Shown here: piece by piece, positions 47,700-60,879 of the stretch
How the letters are laid out: the number at the start of each line of letters is the position of its first letter
Numbering within the stretch: the stretch's first letter is position 1
Source: Squalus acanthias
Lineage: Eukaryota
Direction of reading: 5' to 3'
Length of the DNA: 64,000 bases
Assembly: GCA_030390025.1 (NCBI GenBank)
Contig: CM059433.1
Coordinates: 13,394,001-13,458,000 of the forward strand
Position numbers and translations under genes: made by a program
The notes under the pieces: generated by a model
What the model was told of the DNA's origin: nothing
What the model saw: the letters and a program-made list of their open reading frames with translations, nothing else
Databases searched by the model: none

Positions 47700-49699
47700 T
47701 ATGGATTGAAATCAATCCACAATGCCAGCTTTATGCTTAAAAGTTGAAAATCTACCCCGATATCTATCAACATGATTTAACATTTGCTGCGAACCAATCA
47801 GGAGATATTCTTCAATGAAGACAAATATTTGGTTAAAATTATTTTTGTCTTTTGCACGTTGTACAGCAGTATGCAGTCACTCACTGTGATCTGGATTCAG
47901 TTTACATGAATGGGCAGCTGGGCACTGTTATTTAAGGAGCAGTGTGGGAGCTGGCTGGTGAAAGAACGTTTAATATTAAAGTTGTCTCTCATTTTTGGCT
48001 TGCCGTTAGTTTAGGAGTACTGTTTGGGACTGAAGGAGAAGATGGTGTTAATTAACTGTAGTGGGATTATAGTCAGAAGAGGTCTGGCTTGTAAATGTCA
48101 CAAATTATACATACAGGAATCTTGTGTTGTTGAGATGTTATATTATGGATGTTATTCTGTCGCTCCACAAATTAGAAGCAAGACATGAAGAGCACTTTCC
48201 CGATAACATGTTTCTACAAATTACTTCATATACAGTTACCAAAGACAGCCCTGCAAGGACATTCTACTTTACATACATAATTGGCTGTTATAAACAACTG
48301 ATGAAGATTATGTTCTATCCCTTCTAAATGTTAAGTATGACAAACTAGAATTATACAAAATCTTCCCAGGTGACATGGAGTCTGTTTTATATTTAAACTT
48401 TAATAGAGGTTAAAGCAATTGCTCACCAGATTTTCCTTTTTAAAAGGACATTAAGTAATTTTGTGGTCACATAGTCAAAATACAGTCACATGAAATCTCT
48501 GTTTTTGAAATGCTATTGTTCACTACATTCTGGGTATGAATGAGTCACCGAGGTCATACAGCATCAACGTGACTTTAATAGAAAATCCTACAGTGGCAAG
48601 TGAAAGAGATAATCTCTGTGTTTGTTCAGCACGTGAAAGCTGTTCTTTCAAAAACACAAGCTGTTGTCATGGTGAAAGCAAGATTAATTACACTTTATGA
48701 CTATGACTAACACAAGACAGCTTCACTGCCAAGCCAATTAAAACAGCCCACACATTGTAGCCACAGTTAATCGTTTACAAAACACTTAATTGTCTGTATT
48801 CAGAAATTCTGCCCAGACTGAAATTTTAACCCTTTGGTGAATCCAGTACCATTAGAAAGCAGGTCTCATTGTAGAAATGTTTTTATTCAAAGACTTCTAA
48901 CAATTAAATGATCTGCATTTTTCTAATTAAACTTTGACTGCGATGTTTATTATTTTTACAGATTATCAGATAGTCAGAATGAGTTTGCGCTATCGGTCAA
49001 TAGGTCAGTCAGTAAACAAACAGGAGAGAGTGGGTAAATAGGCAAGGGAGCTTTTACTACACTGTTGAAGTCTTTTAGCCAATCATAAGTTCATGGCAAT
49101 GCCTCTCTATAGAGGAGAGAAAGAGTATAACTAAGCGAGAACTGTGGTAAGAAAAAGGTAAGTCCCTGTGCTTTGCCGCTGCTGTACCTTCAGGATTAAA
49201 GTTAATTAAAGTCTCTATCTAGCTTCATTCTTCTGGAGAAATGAGAGGACTAAAGCTCATGGCTTTGGAACTGTAGTGTTTGTTATTATAATGACAATCA
49301 GAGCTGAAGAGGAGCTGTTTACTGTTCAGTCATGTGAAGTAACACATGCAGCTGTCAATCATACAAAAGCTTCAGTGAAGTTCTATTCTTGACAATGAAG
49401 ACATTGTTACAAAAATATCAGTACAGGAAAATGGTCAAATAAATGTGTGCATTTTCAAGTTTCAAAACACCATTCAATATGCAAATGGTTAAGTCGTACT
49501 GTACACTTGTAGGATCAGGCTTGATGGAAACCATTGGGCCAGAACTTGCTGGCAAAATAACGCTGAGTTTAATGCTCACGCCGCTATTGTTGTGTAAATC
49601 GTCCAGCAAGTTGGTGAGGAATTGATACCCCGTGAATTGCGAATCACCACAAGTTGCCGGATGATTTGCGCCGCTCGGGAATCAGAAATACACTTTCAA

Positions 49700-50900
49700 T
49701 ATTTGTGGTCGACACCAAATTGGGGAGTACAGTTAATACTGAGTGAGGAGGACTGCAACAAAATACAAGAAGATGTGAACAAACTTGCAGAATGGATGTG
49801 TAAATGGCAAATTTCAGTACAGATAAGTGTGAAGTGGTGCTTTTTTGATAGGACGAATAAGGAGGCCACATACTCCTGGAAAAAATAAGAGTCTAAATGT
49901 GGCAGAGGTGTAAAGGGATCGAGGGGTATAGATACACAAGTCATTCAAAGTAGCAACACAGGTTAATAAAGCTATAAAATGTGCAAACAAAGCACTGGGT
50001 TCATTTCTAGAGGGATAGAAATCAAAAGCAGAAAAGTTATGTTAAACTTATATCGAACCTTGGCTAGACCACACAGAGTAAGTACTGTGCTCGGTTCTGG
50101 TCTCCATATTGCAAAAACGATCGAGAAGCACTGGAGAAAGAGAAAAAAATATTTACAAGGATGATAACAGAACTAAGAGGGTATAACTATCAGGAAAGAC
50201 TGAACAGGCTGGGGCTCTTTTCTCTAGAAAAGAGAAGATCGAGAGGTGAGCTGAGAGAGGTCTTTAAAATTATGAAGAAGAATAAGGGGTCGCCCATTTA
50301 AGACGGAGATGAGGAGGAATTTCTTCTCTCAGAGGGTCATGAATCTTTGGAATTCTCAACCCCAGAGAGCTGTGGAGGCAGAGTCATTGAATATATTCAA
50401 GGCGGAGATTGATAGACATTTGAACTACAAGGGAGTCACGGGGTATGGGGGGAGAGCGGGAAAGTGGTGTTGAGGCCAAGATTGGCTCAGCCATGATCTT
50501 ATTGAATGGCGGAGCAGGCTCGAGAGGCCTATTGGCCTACTCCTGCTCCTGCTCCTGTTTCTTATGTTCTTATGATAGGGTAGATGTAGAGAAGCTATTT
50601 ACACTTGTGTGGAGTCAAAAACTAGAGGCCATAAATATAAGATAGTCACTAATAAATCCAATAAGGAATTCACGAGAAACGTCATTACCCAGTGAGTGGT
50701 GAGAATGTGGAGCTCGCTACCACATGGAGCAGTTGAAGCGAACAGCATTAATACATTTAAAGGGAAGCTAGAAATGTACATGAGGGAGAAAGGCATAGAA
50801 GGATATGTCGATAGGGTAGATAAAGTAAATAGAGTGGGAGGAGGCTCATGTGGAGCATAAACACCAGCATGGACTGTTTCTGTGCTGTAAATTTTATGTC
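49700..50900 (+). mobile_element. Old CR1 fragment with a younger CR1 3' end nested at ~50281-50572
   Basis: Decayed ORF2 C-terminal motifs and two separate CR1 3' UTRs. Confidence 0.8.
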
Positions 50901-52166
50901 ATGAATACTGCTTCATGAACAGAGAATTCTACATTTTAATTACTATCTATGTAAAGACATTATTTTCTAACTTCCCTTTGAATTCTGTTTGTGACTTGGC
51001 TTAGATTTATGCCCTCTCATTGGAAACAATCTATCACTTATTCATAACCCTTCATAATCTTGTAGACCCCTCAAACTTCTTGGTGTCAGCGATAAGAACC
51101 CCACTGTCTCAAATTTCTCTTCATGACTGTTAACTCCTCATGCCTGGTAACATTATAGCGAATCTATGCTGCAACCATTACCGTTATTTTTATATCCATT
51201 GTATAATGTAGTGCTCAAACCTGTATACAATAGTCCAACTGCACCCTTGTACAACTGGTCTTCTATCCCCCTCATCATCTTATAAACCTCTATTAAGTCG
51301 CCTCTCATCCTCCTCCGCTTCAAAGAGAAAAGCCCTAACTCCCTCAATCTTTCCTCATAACATTGCTTCCTTGCTTTTATATTCTATGCCTCTAGATACA
51401 AGACCAAGGATTTTTATGGTCTTTCCTATTAGTGTCTGTCTGTCAGTCAAGTATCTTTCCCCATTACTTTTCCTCGTCTATCCTTTCACTGAACTAATAA
51501 TATTGTGATCACTATTTCCTAAATATTCCTCTACTGTCAGCTTGGCAACTTGTTCCGTTTCATTACCGAAAACCAGTTCAAGTAAGAGCAGCAGAGAAAG
51601 GGTTAACTTAAAGAAGGGAAATGCTGGAAGACTTTACTTTTCGTGTAAAGGCAGCGGTCTGTGTAAAATAAAAGTCTTGGATTTTGGCACGAGCGCTTTG
51701 AAAACAATGAGCACTATTGCAGAGGCATCATATGAAGGGGGAAAGAAAGTTGCAAGATAATATTTTCGTCAAGGTTTGGGTTGGATTCTCGCTATAAAAA
51801 TCCACCCCAAACCTGATTGAACGTTCTTTTTATTCAATAAGTGTAGTTAAGGTAAGGAAAAAGAAATACAATAGAGTGCAACTCTCACACAACAACTTTA
51901 GATACCATACAGCTTTCTTTCTAAGATTCAATTCAGATTTTGTGTAAAATGTAAATGTGGCAATTACTGTAGGTGATAATAGCTGACAAACACTTAATGC
52001 GTCTGTATGGCGTTCTTCCATCCACGATTTTACTGGAGGCATTAACCCATTTAAAATAAATGGATCATGCCTTTTAAAAAAATAAAACAAAGGAATTTCA
52101 TAAAAATGCATTAAATGCCTTTTTACTATTATCAACAGTAATTTCAGGACTTTAATTCGTTATAAG

Positions 52167-52522
52167 AAAGAAGAAAGAAAGACTTGGATTTATATAGCGC
52201 CTTTCACGACTGACAGACATCCCAAAGCACTTTGCAGCCAATGAAGTACTTTTTGAAGTGTAGTCGCTGTTGTAATGTAGGAAACGCGGCAGCCAATTTG
52301 TGCACAGCAAGCTCCCACAAACAGCAATGTGATAATGACCAGATATTCTGTTTTAGTGATGTTGGTTGAGGGGTAAATATTGGCCAGGACACCAGGGAGA
52401 ACTCCCCTACTCTTCTTAAAAATAGTGCCATGGGGTCGATTACATCCACCAGAGTGGGCGGACGGGGCCTCGGTTTAACGTCTCATCCGAAAGACGGCAC
52501 CTCCGACAGTGCAGCACTCACC
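52167..52522 (-). mobile_element. Deu-core SINE, 5'-truncated
   Basis: Reverse complement of 11525-11858. Confidence 0.88.
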
Positions 52523-52787
52523 CAAAATGACAATGTGCAAACCAGCATTGAAGTAGCCCTTACATTAAAGGTGTGGTCTCTTGTCACATAACGTCTTTGT
52601 ACGTACTGATTGAATTGCTAAATTGCACTTTTCCAAGGTGTGCATTCAGCCACAGGAAACAGGCCAATTCAAGTTTTTGATCATTGTTTAGGAAGCAAAA
52701 AAGCCAGTTTCAGGCCATCTTCATAATCTGAAGCAGCAAAGGTGGTCAAACGCTCAATTACAATTCAGGATGCAGTTTTGGGTCTAT

Positions 52788-53684
52788 GGGGGGAATTTTA
52801 ACCCAAAAACACGGGCGGGTTGGTGGTCGTGTGGGAAGTTAAAGTGTTAAAAATCTGAATCCCGACCAGAACTCGCCTCCAACCCACCCACTTCCGGTTT
52901 TAAGGGAGATGGGGCGGAGTAGGCAACCAACCCGCTCCGAAGAGGCGGGTCGTCTATTTAAATATTATAATGAGGCTGGCGTGCCTCAGATTTAACCACC
53001 ACTTAAAATTTAATGGTGGCTGGTTGGGTTTTGCCGGCCTCGTGAAACCCGCCAGCGAATGGAAGGCAAGGGCTGCTGGATCAAGGAGGTGAGTGCCCTT
53101 ACTCTTATCTCCTGGTTCCAGCGTCCCTGCCTAACCCACCCCCGTGATCGGAGACCCCCACGAGGCCTCTGATCCCCCCCACGAGGCCACCCCCCAGCTC
53201 CCATGCTGCTCCCGGCCATCCAATGAGCTCCCTCCCCCCCCATTTCTTTGGCCCGCCGATGATGCTCCTGGCCTCTCGATGATCTCCTGAACCCCCCTCC
53301 ACTCCCGTGCTATTCTGACCTTCCGATGAGCTCCCCCCGCTCCTCCGGCCCCCTAATGATCTCCCGCCCCATCCCGTGCTCCTCTGGCACACCCCCCCCA
53401 TGCTCCTCCGGACCACCCCGACCACACCCCCCACCCCGACGTGATCCCTCCCTCCCTCCTCTTTGTGGCCTAGTGCCGCAGGCCTACCTGCCCGCAGCCA
53501 GTCTGCACTCTTAATCTGGCTGGCTGCGGGTGGGAAACAGAGGTTTCAAATGCAAATCAGGCCCTGCTGTTAAATTCGGCAGGGCCTGTGGGAAACCCAT
53601 TCTCCCGGGTTTCCCGACCGCTTCCGAGCCCCCTCCCCCCCCCCACCCCGGCTCCCAACCTGCCAAGGTATTAAAATTCAGGCC
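52788..53684. mobile_element. Non-autonomous Harbinger-type element (short derivative of the 38241 family)
   Basis: GGGGGGAATTTTAA / TTAAAATTCAGGCC; 3-bp TSD TAT; first ~350 bp homologous to 38241-38620. Confidence 0.82.
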
Positions 53685-53714
53685 TATATGTTTCTTTGGG
53701 AGTGTGTATAGTAC

Positions 53715-55190
53715 CAACAACAACAACAACTTGTATTTATATAGCACCTTTAATGTAGGAAAACATCCCAAGGCGCTTCACAGGAGCGTTATAAAAGAAA
53801 ATTTGACACCGAACTACACAAGGAGATATTGGGCAGATGACCAAAAGCTTGGTCAAAGAGGTAGGTTTAAAGGAGCTTAAAGGAGGAAAGAGAGGTAGAG
53901 AGGCGGAGAGGTTTAGGCAGGGAATTCCAGAGTGTAGGGCCTTGGCAGCTGAAGGCACGGCCACCAATGGTGGAGCGATTAAAATCAGGGATGCTCAAGA
54001 GGGCAGAATTAGAGGAGCGCAGATATCTCGAGGGTTTGTGGGGCTGGAGGAGATTACAGAGATAGGGAGGGGCGAGGCCTCCGAAGGATTTGAAAACAAG
54101 GATGAGAATTTTGAAATCGAGGCGCTGCTTAACCGGGAGCCAATGTAGGTCAGCGAGCACAGGGGGTGATGGGCGAACGGGACTTGGTGCGAGTTAGGAC
54201 ATGGGCAGCTGAGTTTTGGATGACCTCAAGTTTACGGAGGGTGGAATATGGGAGGCCGGCCAGGAGAACATTGGAATAGTCAAGTCTAGAGGTAACAAAG
54301 GCATGGATGAGGGTTTCAGCAGCGGATGAGCTGAGGCGGGGTGGAGTCGGGCGATGTCATGGAGGTGGAAGTAGGCGGTCTTAGTGATGCCGCGGATATG
54401 TGGTCGGAAGCTCATTTCAGAGTCAAATATGACACCAAGGTTGCGAACAGTCTGGTTCAACCTCAGACAGATGCTGTGGAGAGGGATAGAGTTGGTGGCT
54501 AGGTGATGGAGTTTGTGGCGGAGACCGAGACAATAGCTTTGGTCTTCCTTATATTTAGTTGGAGGAAATTTCTGCTCATCCAGTACTGGATGTCGGACAA
54601 GCAGTCTGACAATTTAGAGACAGTGGAGGGGTCGAGAGAAGTTCTGGTGAGGTAGAGCTGGGTATCGTCAGCATACATGTGGAAACTGATGCTGTATTTT
54701 CAGATGATGTCGCTGAGGGACAGTATGTAGATGAGGAATAGGAAGGGCCCAAGGATAGATCCTTGGGGGACACCAGAGGTAACCATGCAGGAGCGGGAAG
54801 AGAAGCCATTACGGGTGATTCTCTGGCTAAGATTAGATAGATAAGAATGGAGCCAGGTGAGTGCAGTCCCACCCAGCTGGACGATGGTGGAAAGGTGTTG
54901 GAGAAGAATGGAGTGGTCAGCTGTGTCAAAGGCTGCAGACAAGTCAAGAAGGACGAGGAGGGATAGTTTACCTTTGTCACAATCACAAAGGATGTCATTT
55001 GTGACTTTGATAACAGCCGTTTCGGTACTGTGTCGGGGCGGAAACCTGATTGGAGGGATTCAAACAAAGAGTTCCGGGAAAGATGGGCATGGATTTGGGA
55101 GGTGACAACACGTTCAAGGACTTTGGAGAGGAAAGGGAGGTTGGAGATGGGGCGGTAGTTTGCAAGGTCAGAGGGAACAAGGGTTGGTTT
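53715..55190 (-). mobile_element. L2 LINE, 5'-truncated (RT to 3' end)
   Basis: FESLQSGFRP, LSAAFDT.DHSILL, GVPQGSILGP, HMYADD, LADLHWLPVKQRLDFKIL; (TTG)n tail; frameshifted. Confidence 0.93.
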
Positions 55191-55914
55191 CGATCAGTAA
55201 GTGATCAGGTTTACGAGCACAAATTGCTCTTTTATTAAGTTCACAATCAGTAATACACAATCAATCATCTCTTGTAGTAGCAAAATATACACTTGGCAAA
55301 TAAAATTTTCCAGAATAATTTCTAGTACATTCCCACACTACCTCCTTCAGGTTGAATGTCATTACTAGGTTACTTCAGTCTAAAAATCGATAGAAAGGCA
55401 AATTTTATTTTTTCATAAAGAATCCTTGTAAATGGATGTTCAACAAAAGAATAAATAAGTGGTAAGCAATTTAAGACTAAAATAATTTTAGAGTTCAGAT
55501 AAAATATGCAAGCTCCTTTTCATGTTTGTTATCAGAACCCCTTGATAGATTTACAGCCTTGTAACTTACTCGCACATAGCTATTATTTAATTTGTTTGCT
55601 CTTTACATATTCTTTAACCGCACCTTTAACGATTTATAATGTTTTCCTTCTCAACTGGCAATGAAGATTGATTTCCCTCCACATGGAATATAAATTGTGC
55701 CACATATTATAGTCTCGGAGGCTGGGAAATGACCAGGCATCTGCCAGTATTGCTTTGGAGCTAACTGCTAGGCGGGGTGTAAAATTGTCCTGGGGCGAAT
55801 CAGCCTCCAATTTCCCCTCCCTCCATTTTATGACACGTCCAACATCATGAGCATGTCACGTTATAAATGACACCTCTGGGCTCCTACTGCTGTGTGGCGG
55901 TGCACCAATCCACT

Positions 55915-56063
55915 GGGGTAAATTTCTGTCTTCACCGTGTGGGTAATAATGTGGCGGGGCAGTTTGGCCCGCCCAATGGAATGAAAATTGGACGGGATCG
56001 ATAACGAGCGGGCGATTCACTCTGCCAGATTACTGCCAGAGGTGAAGACGAAAATTTACCCCA
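55915..56063. mobile_element. Palindromic MITE
   Basis: GGGGTAAATTTCTGTCTTCACC / GGTGAAGACGAAAATTTACCCC. Confidence 0.7.
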
Positions 56064-56617
56064 TTGTATCATTGCGCTTCCTCTCCTGGATTCTTGAAGC
56101 TCCTCAAAGGACTTTGAAACATAATCACAACTAATGCTGTAAACTCTAGACTGGAGGACTTCATCTCTGTGAAGCTCAGCTTATTTCATTTCTTAGTGGT
56201 GTTTCTGTAATATGATGCGATGCCTGCAGGAGAAGAAGGAGAGAAATAATTAGATTCTCTCGGCTCACTCTATGGGCTGAATTTTGCCGGCGCTCAGAGG
56301 GCGGGTTCGGAGGCGGGTCCGCTGTCAAAATCAAAAAGATTGACAGTGGGGCGGTATCCCGCTCTACTCCCGCCTCCTTGTGAGTTTCCCAAGTGCCGGC
56401 TCTGCCTGTGCTTGGCAGACACGGCACTAAGTGACGGGTCATTCAATTGAAATACTTAAGAGGGTGTTTAAAGCTATTTAATCTGCATTTTTCCAGGTAT
56501 AAACCATTTTCCCAAGTTTTCCATGAGCTTCACGGCGCTCGGGGATCACGCCATGGTAGGTATGGCGGGTTCTGAACAACTCTCCATTTCTTTGAACAGG
56601 TGAAAGCTGCAAAAGTG

Positions 56618-57072
56618 GTCAGCTGTGGCTCAGTGGGTAGCACACTCACCTCTGAGTCTAGAAGGTTGTGGGTTCAAGTCCCACTCCAGGGACCTGAGCA
56701 CATAAAGCTAGGCTGACACTCCAGTGCAGTACTGAGGGAGTGCTGCACTGTTGGAGGTGCTGTCTTTCGGATGAGACATTAAACCGAGGCCCCGTCTGCT
56801 TCCTCAGGTGGACGTAAAAGATCCCATGGCACTATTTTGAAGAACAGCAGGGGTTTTATCCCCGATGTCCTGGCCAATATTTATCCCTCAAACAACATAA
56901 CAAAAAACAGATTATCTGGTCATTATCACATTGCGGTTTGTGGGAGCTTGCTGTGCGCAAGTTGGCTGCTGCGTTTCCCACATTACAAACTTCAGAAGTA
57001 CTTCATTGGCTGTAAAGCGCTTTGAGACGTCCGGTTGTTGTGAAAGGTGCTAAATAAATGCAAGTCTTTCTT
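56618..57072 (+). mobile_element. Deu-core SINE, full length
   Basis: Matches 11411-11858 including the A and B boxes. Confidence 0.9.
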
Positions 57073-57947
57073 TTAAAAGCTACCATTTCACAGCTGGTCA
57101 CTTTCCAATGTCAGAAGCTTCAGTCTTCAGGATTTGGAACCCACTTTTGAGCTTTATGCACTTTTGAAGTGTTTGGAGTAATCTCTCTATCCACTGTCAC
57201 CTCCTTGGAACAGCTTCTCTCCCCATTGACAGATTACTTCTGTCATCTCAACCTCACCTGCCATCTATTCCATCAGCATCAGCGCCCTTGAAAAAATCTC
57301 ACCTTGGTCCTCAGAATCCCACCACGATCAGCCCCAACACCAGCATCACCAGGCACACCAGCAGCACCAACATCCACACCAACCTTCTCCGCAATCAACT
57401 GATGCTGCACAGGATACAGGGCATCATCACCCGTGCACATTGCTGCCCGGGACGCCAGCGATGGCCTCACCATGTTCAGATTAGCTTCACTTAACACTGT
57501 ACATCCTGGCTGCCACATGATGCACCAGGTTGGCACCACCCCACACCAACACCATTGGAGGACGGGAACGTTATGTCTCACCATTCACTGGAACTCACTA
57601 AGCCACTTCCAAAGGTGCACACAAATCTGTCCAAGAACACAAAGTGTTCAAAATAAAGATTTCAATGTTTGGCAGCACATTACCAGAAACTTCACATGAC
57701 CATTGGCTAAAACACCCAAGTGCCTCCCCTTGTGTGCTGTTGGTTGGTATGATTGGACTAAGATGAGGTTGAGTATGAGGGGTTGCTAGTGAGATGGGGA
57801 AGTGATAATGTAGATAAAGAGGCATGGGTGGCGGTGCAAGGTAAGTTGGTGTGAGTTAGGATGTGCAGGAGTAGGGTAGGGAAGGCAGAGTGATGGGGAT
57901 GTGATGAGTGGCACAGCAGGATGAGGTTGAGTGTGGCTTGGCAATAA

Positions 57948-58182
57948 CTTTTTGTGATCTACTGAGATCATTGAAAGGTTTGCGCCACTGCAGCCTGGTC
58001 CTCCTGACGACATCCCTGCTTGTGCCCTCCTGTGCAATGTGCAACCAGGCTGCGTTGGTCTCCTGGGGAGGTCTCTTCCGCCCATTGGAAGGGAAGAGAA
58101 CCTCCCTGCGTGCTGTGACTCCCTCCATAAGCATATGGAGGGAGTCATGGGAGAGCCTGGGTGCAGCTGTGCACCTCTGTGC
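57948..58182 (-). pseudogene. Harbinger Myb/SANT-like (trihelix) DNA-binding protein, exon 1 relic with an open frame
   Basis: AAPRLSHDSLHMLMEGVTARREVLFP...AWLHIAQEGTSRDVVRRT.LQWRKPFNDL fits the Myb/SANT-like pattern F...L..L...V...LF...W..IA..V.....R...QC.K.F.DL. Confidence 0.75.
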
Positions 58183-58499
58183 AGTGCTTGTCAGTGTTTG
58201 CAGCACCTCAATGCTGCAGAACACTGACAGCACAACTGTCAAAATGATTGTAAACATGGTCCCTTTAAGGAAACCGACTGATGAAGAGTCATCAGATGAC
58301 GTCATCAGACCTGCTTCCTTTTAATTGGCCGGGAACCTCGCAGGGCGAGCTGAACAAGCCCAATCAGGGCAAAATCACTTGGAGGGGGCGGGATGAAGAC
58401 GGGAGCGGAGTTTGAGGCCGCTGCCTGCTCCGGCCGCACCGGACTCGCCACGGCCGGCGAAATCGCGGTCTATCATTCAGATTCCTGTAGATCTGCATC

Positions 58500-59335
58500 A
58501 CAGTCTCAGGATAAGGGGTCGACCATTTAAGATTGAGATGAATAGAAATTTCTTCACTCAGAGGGTTGTTAATCTTTGAAATTCTCTGCTCCAGAGGGCT
58601 GTGGATGCTGAGTCTTTGAGTATTTTCATAGAAAAGTAGGAGCAGGAGTAGGCCATTCGGCCCTTCGAGCCTGCTCCGCCATTCAATATGATCATGGCTG
58701 ATCCTCTATCTCAATACCATATTCCCGCTCTCTCCCCATACCCCTTGATGCCTTTTGTGTCTAGAAATCTATCTATCTCCTTCTTAAATATATTCAGTGA
58801 CTTGGCCTCCACAGCCTTCTGTGGTAGAGAATTCCACAGGTTCACCATCCTCTGAGTGAAGAAATTTATCCTCATCTCAGTCCTAAATGTTCTACCCCGT
58901 ATCCTGAGACTGTGACCCCTCGTTCTAGAGCCCCCAGCCAGGGGAAACATCCTCCCTGCATCCAGTCTGTCTAGCCCTGTCAGAATTTTATACGTTTCAA
59001 TGAGATCCCCTCTCATTCTTCTAAACTCTAGTGAATACAGGCCTAGTCGATCCAATCTCTCCTCATACGACAGTCCTGCCATCCCAGGAATCAGTCTGGT
59101 GAACCTTCGCTGCACTCCCTCTATGGTAAGTATATCCTTTCTTAGGTAAGGAGACCAAAACTGCACACAGTACTCAAGACAGAGATCGATAGATTTTAGG
59201 ACTCTAGGGGAATCAAGGGATGTGGGGATCGGGCGGGAAAGTGGAGATGAGGTTGAAGATCAGCCATGATCTTATTGAATGACGGAGCAGGCTCGAAGGG
59301 CCAAATGGCCTACTCCTGCTCCAAATTCTATCTTC
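58500..59335 (+). mobile_element. CR1 3' fragment split by an antisense CR1 insertion
   Basis: Host CR1 at 58500-58626 and 59175-59335. Confidence 0.8.
58627..59174 (-). mobile_element. CR1 LINE 3' fragment with an open ORF2 C-terminus
   Basis: QFWSPYLRKDILTIEGVQRRFTRLIPGM...KGIKGYGERAGIWY. Confidence 0.93.
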
Positions 59336-60109
59336 ATACGTATCTCCCTACAACATTGATCTTACCTTGCTTTCCTTTACTCGCTGTCAAAGCTGTCATT
59401 TCTTTAAATTGAATTCAGTCTGTATTCATTTGGTGGCAAACCTTTCCAAAAGTTATTTTGAAGGATGAGATTTTAACCCTACCCGCCCAGCGGAAACCGG
59501 GAGGGGTGGGTCTCCCCTCGTTAAAATGCCCCTGGATTACTTACCTGCTGGAAAGCTGCCTGGATCCCACCATTTCCAATTTAAACGGATAGCTTCTGGA
59601 AAGGCAGCTGAGCCACCCGCCCAAAGCGAGCAAGGTTGTAATTCACACACATTAATTGGGGTCTGGTGACATTATTAGGCCACAACAGTGATTTGAACCT
59701 GCCCAGGAAAGCCGCTGCCCGCGGGTGAAGGCCAATGTGCAGAGGGTCAGGAAGCTGAGGAGGCCCTCCAGGTCAACGGGTTTCCCTGTGGGAAACCGGT
59801 GGCTTCAAGTAGTTTCCCACCTGCCCGCGGCAGTATGAGGCTGTGGTGATTTTAAGTGCCAGGACTCATGAGCATGCTACCAGTCCACTTCCCGCCCGGA
59901 GCGGCTTCTGGCCTCTGTAAATGTCGGAGCTCAGGTAAATGTGGGGAAGGTGGTCCTGACAGGTCTTGCTGCAGGGACAGTGGAGTGGTGGGGCGGGGGG
60001 GGGGTGGGGGGGGGGGGCGGGTGGGGGGTGCGGGTGGAGTCCAGGCAGGGATGGCGGTGAAGGTGACCTCAGTTCTGAACTTTTACGCCTAGAGACCCTT
60101 TTAAAATAC

Positions 60110-60385
60110 CACAGGAGATAAATGCAACATCAATCAATCCGCAATGCACAGATACATCAAGCAGGTCGCTGTTGTGTTGTTCCCCAGGATAAATGTCTTT
60201 TTATCAGTTTTCCCAGCAGCAGGGCACGGCAATTCTTCCGCATCATGGGATCCCTCAAAAGTCCAGGGTGTTACAGCCCATGTGGCCATCGGGTCTACCA
60301 CACAGGATGCTCAGGCATCTCTAAACTACACGGAGTTTCATTCCATACATGTGCTGGTTGACCGTGACCAGCGTAACCAGTGTAA
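60110..60385 (+). pseudogene. Decayed Harbinger (HARBI1-like DDE) transposase fragment within an element starting ~59462
   Basis: ICNINQSAMHRYIKQV..VLF and PSKVQGVTAHVAI...LNYTEFHSIHVLVDRD resemble the Harbinger motifs GISQSA.HRCI..VT, FP.VQG.IDCTHVAI and NRKGFHS.NVQ.VCD. Confidence 0.65.
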
Positions 60386-60879
60386 AGATGGGTGTAGATT
60401 TCAATTATTTCAGAAACATGGGGCTTCTCTAAATTTTGAATTTGTAACTTTTGCTTCAAGGCAATCTGAGAAAATGTGTGTTTACTAAAGTACAACAGCG
60501 CTTTCCTTTGTAATGGTATATGTATGGTTACAGTCAGAGAGAATTGCATGATTACCATTAATAAACTAATGGAAAATTGAATGGAGGGGCCGTGAGAGCA
60601 GATGATTTTTTTATTTATTCGTTCATGAGATGTGGACGTCGCCGGCAAGCCCAGCGTTTATTGCCCAACCCTAATTGCCCTCGAGAAGAACCAATGTTCT
60701 TTTTGTAGCGGTTTGGTACAACTGAGTGCCTCGCTGGGCCATTTCAGAGGGCAGTTAAGAGTCAACCACATTGCTGTGGGTCTGGAGTCACATATAGGCC
60801 AGACCAGGTAAGGACAGCAGATTTCCTTCCCTAAAGAACATGAGTGAGTACATAGGTTGCCAGAGGCTAATTTTTTATA

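Larger units (their letters stand above)
56274..58470. mobile_element. Non-autonomous Harbinger derivative containing a Myb/SANT-like exon and a nested SINE
   Basis: TIR GGGCTGAATTTTGCCGGC / GCCGGCGAAATCGCGGTC; 3-bp TSD TAT. Confidence 0.85.

Noticed and set aside
58279..58310. CTGATGAAGAGTCATCAG as a hammerhead
   Set aside because: No GAAA core; part of the TGACGTCA-containing subterminal motif of the Harbinger family
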